Shown: positions 1 through 9,900 of the stretch, piece after piece
Layout of the letters: each line of letters opens with the position of its first letter
Numbering within the stretch: position 1 is the first letter of the stretch
NCBI RefSeq assembly: GCF_000485595.1
Contig: NW_014577078.1
Coordinates: 971,115 to 1,002,821 of the forward strand
Direction: 5' to 3'
Length of the DNA stretch: 31,707 nt
Source: Priapulus caudatus
Lineage: Eukaryota
Program-made: the position numbers and the translations under genes
The notes under the pieces: model-generated
Seen by the model: the letters and a program-made list of their open reading frames with translations, nothing else
What the model was told of the DNA's origin: nothing
Databases searched by the model: none

Positions 1-782
1 TCCGCTTAGAACAGATGAGACATCTGATCTAGGCACAGGATCGCCATTTCACTGACGTGAAAAAAACAACTCAAAACTCAACCGTGCAGCTTCCCATCTG
101 AACCGATGAAGCAGCCAACGAAATCAACACCCGAGCCCTAAACCCTGATGACCGAAGTACCAGAATATTTGCCGAGCGTATGCTTGTGGCTCCCCAGAGC
201 TGGCCTCACCAACGACCAGAGCGATTCATCCACTACATCCTCGACGCCTATACGTGGGATACAGTGTTGTCATAAAAACATTAGCTCCCGTCACACGCTT
301 GACACTTGGTCAGCATCAAAGCACTCATGCCGGGTGCATGCGAGAGGTTCCCCGTCACCTAACCATCATGTGACGTTATTGATACCGAGAATCGCCCGCA
401 TGTGCCGGCTGTATTCACCGAGTTCTCGCATTTGTGAGTAGCCAACGCAGCCATACACCAACTCAAAACAGTACTCTACAGTAAGGAGATTGATGACATT
501 ACAGCTAGCAAGCCGCATCCAGCAGCTCTACACTGTACAGCTACTTGTCACATGTCCACAATACATACACTGATGATCTACAAGTATATCGCACATGTAA
601 ACGGTTCTTATAGAGCAAAAAACATCCCAATTCTAACGTTGAAAGTCCACGTGAGCATGGTTAAAACACATACGACATACAGTCACACATGCACAGCAGT
701 CAGACAGTCGTTAATGTCCAAACCTAACACACAGTAACACATGTTTGGAAGCGTGCATGCCTCTGAGACAACGTAAGCTTAC

Positions 783-974
783 CTGAGCCGTTGAAGTTCA
801 TACGCTGTATTTTACGCATCGACACATCGCTAAAGTAAATCTTCTGTTCCTGCCAGTCAAAGTCGAGCGCGACAAGGTTCTTGTATCCGTCCTTTACGAT
901 CGAGTAGTACATACCATCCAAGGACATGTTTCGCATGTAGTAGCGGTTGGTGAACAGTATCCATGGCGTTATAT
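783..974 (-). CDS. LRP2: exon 43: propeller 7 start ([13 protein letters not shown]...VALDFD)
   Basis: gctcag / gtaagc, 192 nt, phase 1/1; no further exon found in 1-782. Confidence 0.93.
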
Positions 975-3900
975 CTGAGCAGAAATGGAACAACGTGTCA
1001 ACACTATATTCAGCACGTTTCACAGACATCAGCTTTGACAATCTGACGTGTACTGATTCTGAATCACAGCTACTGATAACAGGGTATTACAGCATCTCAA
1101 GACCACAGTAATCATGAAACAACCTAGCAGTTTTCTCTTGCTCAGGATTTCACATTCTAACCGTCCACAGTCATCATGAAGGCCTGCGAGTCCCAATGTA
1201 TCAACCTCCCAAATATAACGTATTTGGCAACGTTCTGGAATAATCATCACGTATATGCTATTGCCTACACACGCCATGTTATGTGACATTCAAAATATTA
1301 AGACCAGCAGGATGCGTCGACTTACTATCAGACTTCTTGCACGAGCGTCCATCTCCCTGTTCGGCGTAGCCATTATTTACATCACACTTGCAGTTGTAAG
1401 AGCCGGGAGTGTTGACACAGATCTGAGAGCACACGCCGGGCGTATCCATGCACTCGTTCATGTCTATAAGGAATAAAAATGAATAACTATGGCATGATCA
1501 GATACGCAGTACTTTTTTTCGTCATTGGCACTTATTCAAAATCGGTTGTTATTCTGAACTTACAGGAAACACTAACAATTTCTTTTTAACATTTCTTCTT
1601 TTCTTAATTTATCTTAATTTTCTTCCATTTACCTTAAGTTTCCTTGCATTAGAATTAGAACTGCATACGGCTGCACGTACACCACATAACACTGAGTATA
1701 ACATAAGCCCATTGGATATTCTACAATGTTATGACCATCTCCATTATATTAAAGATTCTGAATTATGAAAAAAATTATGAAAAGATTCTGAATTTAACTT
1801 GTGAATTGCAGAGTCGAAACTCCACAACAAAAATATCCAGGCAAATGACAAAGCAAACTACGGAAACCTCCAGTGCCCTGACCTTTGCAAGCCTTGCCGT
1901 CCTGCATGAGGGTGTAGCCAGGGTTGCACTTGCAATAGAAGCTGGTGAGAGTGTTGACGCATGTGTGCTCGCACTGGTTCATCTGCACCACGGCGCACTC
2001 GTTCACGCCGCAGTGTGGCGGCTCATCTGAGCTGTCATTACAATCAAGCTGCCCATTGCAGACTAGCTCGTACTTGATGCACTGCCCGTTGTTGCACTGG
2101 AACTGCGGTGTAGAACTTGCTGGACAAGTCACCTTCTCCTCGACTGCAATGGTAACATAATGGTTTTGCACAGCAGTCATCTTTGTACTATCCTTGATTA
2201 CAATTTTCACACACTGTGTGAATTCACGGCAGACATTTTTGTGCCATTCGGGAAGTGGCCATACAATGCAGACCAAGTATACTTAAATACATGTGTTACT
2301 CAGCTAGAACGATACAACTGTTGATCATGACATACCTCATGATTAGCAGGAAATATTTTTGAAAAAGGTATCTGATGAGTCTGGTGTTAAGTTGCAGACT
2401 GAATATTAATGAATTTTTCAGATCTCATGATCAGAAGAAAACAGTAATACTAGTACATTTTATGAAGCTGTCAACTGTTCAACTTTATTATACCTACACT
2501 TGAGACCATTGTTGTTCATATCAGTAAACATGGAGGAGAGACTAAACATAAGAGAAACTAATATTGTCATTTATCAACCCCATTTTATTACAGCTGTCGT
2601 GTAGTAATTGAGAAGATCTACCTGAAGATTCTGCATTTTTCTCGCTTTACAGACAATCAAAAAAACCAGGTGTAACATTGTCATGATGCTTCACATTGCA
2701 CGGGGAGATTAACTAAACTTGTAAAATGGGAGTGCCTCTATGAACATTCATCCACGGGCGAAATTACTCACGGCAACTCTTGTCCGTTTCGTCCGAGTTA
2801 TCTCCACAGTCATTAACCTTATCACACATGAGAGACTTCTTCATGCAGCGTCCGTTATCACACTTGAATTCCTCGTCTGTACAATTCCTGTAAGCTGCAG
2901 ACACGAGAAGACAAGCTTAACTTCTCGCAAAAAACCTGCTATGCAGTTACCACAGAAAAAAACGTGTAGCTCTTAAGACTAGGAAACATACAAAGATTGC
3001 GTTGTCAACTTTACAGACCATTTACGCTAACGTTGTGAAGAGTACATCAGAGACATAAATACGCCGGTCCGTTTTTTTCACAATCTCAATTTAAGTACTG
3101 CATGCAGGGACGCAACACACACATTTCCACAAAACGCAACATATCTTACAATAGCATCTCTGCAAACTTGCAACAGGCCACGTGCAGACAATGTTACTGC
3201 AACAATGAAGCTCAACACTGCTGCACCCGCAGATGTGTGATAATCTCCGATATACAGTCTGTATTTACATCTATCTACCTGTACATCGATATTTTTATCG
3301 CTACCTATATCTGTATATATAGCTATGACAGTATCTTTATCTATACCAATATCTCCTATATTTACACCCACATCGATATCTACGTCTGTATGCATCAATA
3401 TCTATCCCTACATCTACGCCCATATCTAATTGTTTGTGTCTTACTGCAGTTGCGCGGCTCGTCGCTGCCGTCCCCACAGTCGTTGACGTGGTCGCACATG
3501 AACGACTGCTTGATGCAGCGGCCGTTAGTGCAGGTGAACTCCGTGTCGCGGCAGCTCGGCGGCGGCGGGCAGTTCTGCTTCTCGTCCTCACCCTCGGCAC
3601 AGTCGGGCGTGCCGTCGCAGACCCACGTGCGCGGGATGCAGCTGTAGCGCGTGTTCTTCTCGTTAGACGCACACTCGAACGTGTTCGCAGGACACGTGTA
3701 GTTAGCTGGAACAGAAGGATGCGGTCGATCACGACGTGAGAAGATGAGAGAGGTGGAGCTCGGGAAAGACAGGCATTTTCTTCGAACGGAGAAAATTTAT
3801 GCTAACTATCACGGTATTGACCAATACATCAACCAGACTGATTGAAACAAGAGGCGTGGGCCAGTACTACCGGATGTCATTCCACTGGGTTATACTGTAT

Positions 3901-6900
3901 ACGCTGTATATTTCACGGTGGTTTACTTTTCGCGAATTTCGCGAACGCGTCACGAAGTCTGAATTCACGAAAATATCTATACACGAAAAATATGGCGTAT
4001 ACAGTAGTTTCCAGGGCTTTGACAATGAAAGTGTCAATGACACTATAGCTCACCTTGGGTGTGATAGAAGAGGGAGATGATATTTAAAATTGGGTGAGTG
4101 TTTCATTTATGACGAACCGAAATGTGATCAAATGTCCTTATTCCCTGTTTTATACTAATAGAAATTTTACTGTTTTGTTTCAGGGTTAGTTTTGATGCGA
4201 AAATAAATGTTTCAGATCTGAAAGTCTGAAATCTGGCGAGAGATGGCGCTACGCCTGAATGATCGCCATTATGGTTTTCGATTATCGCTCAAATAAAAGT
4301 AATAAAATATTCCAGTCAAATTACTGTAACGAAGAATCTAAAACACAATATTACACGTAGGTATGATTAGGTAGGTAGGTAGGTAGGTAGGTAGGTAAAT
4401 TTAACAAAATCGAATGAATCTAGATGGCCATTTCCATTTTTGCCAAAAAGTGGGCGTGGCTCGAAAGTAGGTCGACTGGCGTGCTCTAAAATAGGACGTT
4501 CAAACCTCTCCCATAGGAGTAACAACTGCATGCAATTTGAAACATGTGGGTCAAACGGTTCATGAGTTATCGTACGGACGGACGAACAGACAAACAGACG
4601 GACGTACGACGGACGACGCCCCATGGCAATAGCTCATCTTGACGATGTCAAGGCGAGCTAAAAATAGTCTACATGTTAGACACCATGAAGCAAAGAATTA
4701 TTGAACTTATTAACTTGCTTGGTCATGGCCACAGTCTCTCACAACACTTTTATGTAACAACATTGTTGTATTCCTAGCAATACCCCCAAAATCACCACAC
4801 GCAGCCCCCACAACACACCGCCAACCGTAAAATTATTGCATTATTATCAGATACTAGGAACTTGAAAATGTGAGTAAATTTTCTACGCGTATCTCCGCGA
4901 CATCATCACGAATTATGCTATTTTAATTTCAATTCTACGGTAATATCTAATAAAAATATTAACTCGCTACTCCCCGACGAGGAATTGAACCCCGGTCTCC
5001 CGCGTGACAACTAATACGGGGGGGGGACACTAATAATGGGATACTAACCACTATACTATCGAGGATGTTCTTATTACAAATTTACTGCAAAAAAGGACGA
5101 ACATTTGCATAACTCCTAAATCCTCATAGGTGATCAAATGCCCTATAAAGAACTAGCGGGATACCCGGCATTGCCCGGGGAAATCAGTGGCGTTACTCAG
5201 TTGGTGACCGCTTGGTTGAAAGGAAAATACCCCAAAAAATGTAACTATCTATCTATCCATGCATCCATCCATGCATCCATCCCATCCCATCCCATCCCAT
5301 CTCATCGCATCTCATGCCATCCCATGCCATGCCATGCCATACCAGGCCATGCCATGCCATCCCATCCCATGCCATCGCATGCCATCCCATCCCATCCCAA
5401 ACAATAAAAAATAATAAGAAATCAAAAGATAATAGACATTAAATATAAAAAATAAAAAGTAAAAAGTGAAAAATATGTTCCCCAGCTGGGACTCGAACCC
5501 GGAATCCCGATGTACACTGGTGTAGGAGACGGATGTTCTAGCGATTAGGCCACTGCGCCGTTAAGGGTATACTCATGGATTCACGCGTACGTGATGTTAA
5601 TCTGTACGCACCGCCATCTATTGATGAATAGAATTTTTATGAATTTTTAACTTTTTTACATTTTTCCTCCCAGACGTGCTGATTCTGAAAATGTCTTTGG
5701 TTTTTCTCTAGGCTGCGGAGTTCTCTAGTTATGCAAGTACGAACTAATTCAGCTGAACAACTTTATATATATAGATGGTCCTCTGCAAGGGGTGTAAGTA
5801 CAACCAAAGTTATGGCAAAAAGTATGCCAACAAAAAAAGATAAATAAAAATAAAAAGAAGGAGAACAAGAACAACAAGAAGAACAATAAGGACGAAAAGA
5901 AGAACAACGACAACAAGAACAAAAAACGACAAGAAAAGCGACAAGAACTCACATGCGCACTCCAGCTTCGTAGAATCCTCGTCCGATCGGTCGCCGCAGT
6001 CATCGTCGCCGTCGCACAGCCACACCTTGGCGACGCATTTGCCGTTATCGCACGTGAACACGTCACCATAGCAGGTCTTCACCGTCGTGTTGCAGAAGCT
6101 CGGATCCTCGTCGGCCATGTCACCGTCACCACAGTCACCATCGCCGTCGCACACCCAGAACGACGGGATGCAGCGATCTGCAAACAAGACGTAGCTAGTT
6201 ACGCGGCGGTGTGACGAGTATGGAGTGATCCGTGGACACGGCGTAGCTAGTTACGCGGCGGTGTGACGAGTATGGAGTGATCCGTGGACATTAGATAGGT
6301 AGTGTAGTATAGGTAGATTGAGGAGTAATTTGTAGTCACAGGAGATCTTCATTGTAAGATATAGATGTACGGCAACAAGCAACATTACTTTATCTTTTGC
6401 TTACTTTCACTTTTGCGCTCATGGACTTCTCCACACGAGCGCAGCACTGCTGCAAAAAAAACACCAATAGAACACTGCACTGCACCCCCTCCCCGCGTGT
6501 GGCCGCCGCCGCGGCTGCAGATCCCGCTCGCCGACACGTACCGGTGTTCTTGCAGCGGAAGTTCTCCTCGGGCGGGCACGACTGCTGCTTGCACCAGAAC
6601 GGGTTCTCGTCCTCCCTGTTGCCGCAGTCGTCGTCGCCGTCGCACAGCCACCACGGCTGAATGCAGATGTTGGTCGTGTTGCAGCGCACCTGGCCACGCG
6701 GGCACACGCGCTGCGGGCAGTCCAGCTCGTCCGACGCCTTGCCGTCGCGGCATTGGTCGACGCCGTCGCACACCTGCCGACGCACAAATCGACGCAAATG
6801 AGAAAATTTGCCGTGTGGAATTTGCGCAAGGGTACATGCACACAAACTGCACACACGCGAACACACAAAACGCACACAAAACGTGTGCAGTCCCTCAAAC

Positions 6901-9900
6901 ACGCGCATTCACAGAAACTCGTACGTGCACACAGGCACTCGCACATGCACCCAGGGGTGCATGCACAGCTAACATTGCCTACAAAGTGGCCATATTTAAT
7001 GCCCACTGCCAGACTTTAAATTCGGAATAACTTGCCGAGGTCACCGGCTAGCTATGGAAGCTGCTGTACACTATTTGCACTAGACAGTTAATGGTGCCAC
7101 ACCGGACTCCATCTTGCATTCGGAAACTGACTTGATTACCAAATACATTCTTTTTTCCTGCTAGGGAGAAACTAGTGTGACAATCATACATACCGCAGCC
7201 CTGTCCACACATCGGAAGTTGTCGCAGCGGAATTCATCAATTCCGCACGTGGGGAACACACACTCGGCCTCATCAGAGCCATCACCACAGTCGTTGTCAT
7301 GGTCACAACGGTATCTGCAGCAGAAACATACAGATTAAAAAACCCATGTGTGTGAAAGGCAATAGAAGTCAAAAACTGGTTAGTATAGTTAATATAAAGT
7401 AACGAGTAGAAACGTGAAGCAGTAAAACGTAGCAAAACAGCGTAACACATTGAGATGCAACATAATGCAGTACAATAAAATGGGGCAGTAGATGATGCAG
7501 GAAATAGTAAGAAAACGTGACACATACAAATACAAACATTGCACATGGTGCACTTCTTGGTAGCTGTACAGTACTGTACCTCTGCTGTAGGCATCGTCCT
7601 GTGCCACAGACAAAGCTGTCGGGCGAACAGGTGTGTGCACTGCAGAATGTTGGATCCTCATCGCTCTTATCTTTGCAGTCAGTTGTGTTGTCGCACACAG
7701 AACGGTACAGCACACAGCTACCATCCAGACAGGTGAAGTAGTTGGGTAGGCAACCTGCAGTGTTAGCTGTGAAAAAAGATCTTATGGTAGGTACAAACAT
7801 AAAGCCAATTCACTAAACCATGCACAATACACATACGAATGATGACTGAATTACTCTACAAAGATGACACGTTGAAGTTTAATAATGTAAGAAACTCAGT
7901 TACACTTACTATTATAAATTCAGCCATTGACATGAGAAAAATTCGTGTTACGAATGATGATCAAGGAGGAACTCCCATACTTGTCCTGCATGCACAGATG
8001 TTAATAGAAATCATCAAGCTTGTACTTACGCACACACATCTTGCCTTCGTTAGCCAGTTTTTTGCCAAATTCGCAAGCACACATTGTGGCGTTATTAGGA
8101 GCTTCATGGCAGGAGGCGTTCACACAGCCGCCATTGTTAATCGAGCAGCCAGTTGCATTACCTGTCAATAATACAGCAGAACCATCACACCACTGACTAT
8201 ACCCCCACCTATTGGATACCAGCTATCATCCAGAAGTGAAAAGTTTTTTGTGTTTATTCTGGTGCCCTTAGGTAAGAGAAGTTACACGAAAGAACACACT
8301 ATTGTTTGGTTTTATTTGTGCAGTGCACCAACGTGTGATATTTATGGGAATTTAGCACAAACAGGTAAAAGCTTAACTATGTCATTACATGCAAGTTTTC
8401 ACAATTATTCCAAGTAGGGCTGATAGGGTCTATGTCTCCCTGGGTATTGCCGGAACGTACCCTGGGTACGGTCCGGTATACCGGAACGTATGGTTAAGGT
8501 TAGGGTTAGGGAGTAGGCGTAGGCGACTCCCTAGACTCGTTAGTGGAGTAGGCGAGGTACGGTCCGGCATATTAGATAGTACCAGGGTACGTTCCGGCAG
8601 TATCCAGGGAGACATAGACCCTGGCAGCCCAAGTAGGGGTTATAATATCATTTTAAACAGTCTGGTCTGAGTACATTAGAGACATACTTCAGTCAACTGT
8701 TCTTACAAAAGCAGTATTGCAGTACTTCCACTATAATGGCATAGTCTGACTGACATGTATTTAATTGTATAGCACACTTGCACTGTCGACTTACAAACTT
8801 GCAGGTCTGGAGCAAAAATCTTCAGATCAAACCCTGGCTGTTCACTGCCCACTCCGTGCACAATTGGTACAATGTCAGCACCAGTGTACTTGTTAGCCCT
8901 ATAGATAGCATTGTTCTCACGGTCCATCCAGTATATGTAGTCCTTGTACACAGCGACCTATACGGTGGAAATGACTTGAGCTGACAACATTATAACCCAC
9001 AACAGAAAGAACATAAATAGGAGAAGAGATAGCATAACATATAGGATAATAGTAATTGGGTATTACGAACCTCCCACTGTATATAGCAACATACCTGTGA
9101 TGGTTTGTTAGCTAAAGGTACAACTATTTCTCTGTTACTTCCATTCAGGTCCAGTCGCTCAATCTTGTTGCTAGAAATAACAGATAATGAACAATCAGAA
9201 AGCAATAAAATTATACGTGCACGGGTAACTAACAATCTGCCGTTAAACTTCCCACTTACGTTACTTGCTAATTAATGTTTTATCCCTATGAAATTGAAAT
9301 AATAAAAACTGACAAACTAGGCCAATTGTTATACATGCAATGTTATAATAATTTGAATGCTAATTATATTTTGCATAGATCTTGCTAATCAGTGAGTGTT
9401 GTTAAAAAACAATAAGAGGCATACTATCTTACCATGAACATTTTACCTCGTTAACCATAAAACTGCTGATACTTAAAACTAGCAATACTTTAAATCTGAA
9501 AGACCAAGAATGAAAATTACAGTACATCATGTAAAAACATGTTAAGCTCTTGTTCCTACTATTCTATATCTGACAGGCTATTCTAGCATACTTACAGGAA
9601 GTAGTCAGCCCAATATAGTTTGCGATCCTCCCTGTCAATTGCCAGGCCAGCAGGCCACCTGATGTCACTGCTGATAAGCACCTCAACATGGCTACCACCA
9701 AGGCTACCACGGACGATTCTGCTTTTTGGCCCAGAAGACTCGGACCAGTACATATACCTGAAAGCAATAACACAAGCCATACAGCATACTCCCACATTAA
9801 CCAGTGTCCTTAGCGGCATATTTACATCTAGGTCAAGCTGGGCGTTGCTATGTGCCACAGACGCTGAATTTCATGGGCATCGGACTAACACGTCTATAAT

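Larger units (their letters stand above)
5153..5775 (-). mobile_element. non-autonomous Helitron (623 bp)
   Basis: Minus strand begins A|TCTATATATATAAAG and ends with hairpin CCCGGGCAATGCCGGG then CTAG|T: canonical Helitron termini at an AT site with no TSD. Confidence 0.8.

Noticed and set aside
1..782. Further exon, ncRNA or the 148-441 ORF
   Set aside because: No propeller motif on the minus strand, no RNA family I can recognise, and the ORF looks non-coding.
4970..5559. Functional tRNA genes
   Set aside because: The Asp copy has a broken anticodon stem and the Arg-like copy has a mismatched acceptor stem.
6365..7030. Long plus-strand ORFs (also 3102-3647, 9620-10321, 15253-15831, 26077-26766)
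   Set aside because: Antisense shadows of GC-rich exons or read-through of low-complexity repeats; no recognisable domains.
8492..8511. TTAGGG repeats as an interstitial telomere
   Set aside because: Only 2-3 units, inside a MITE.
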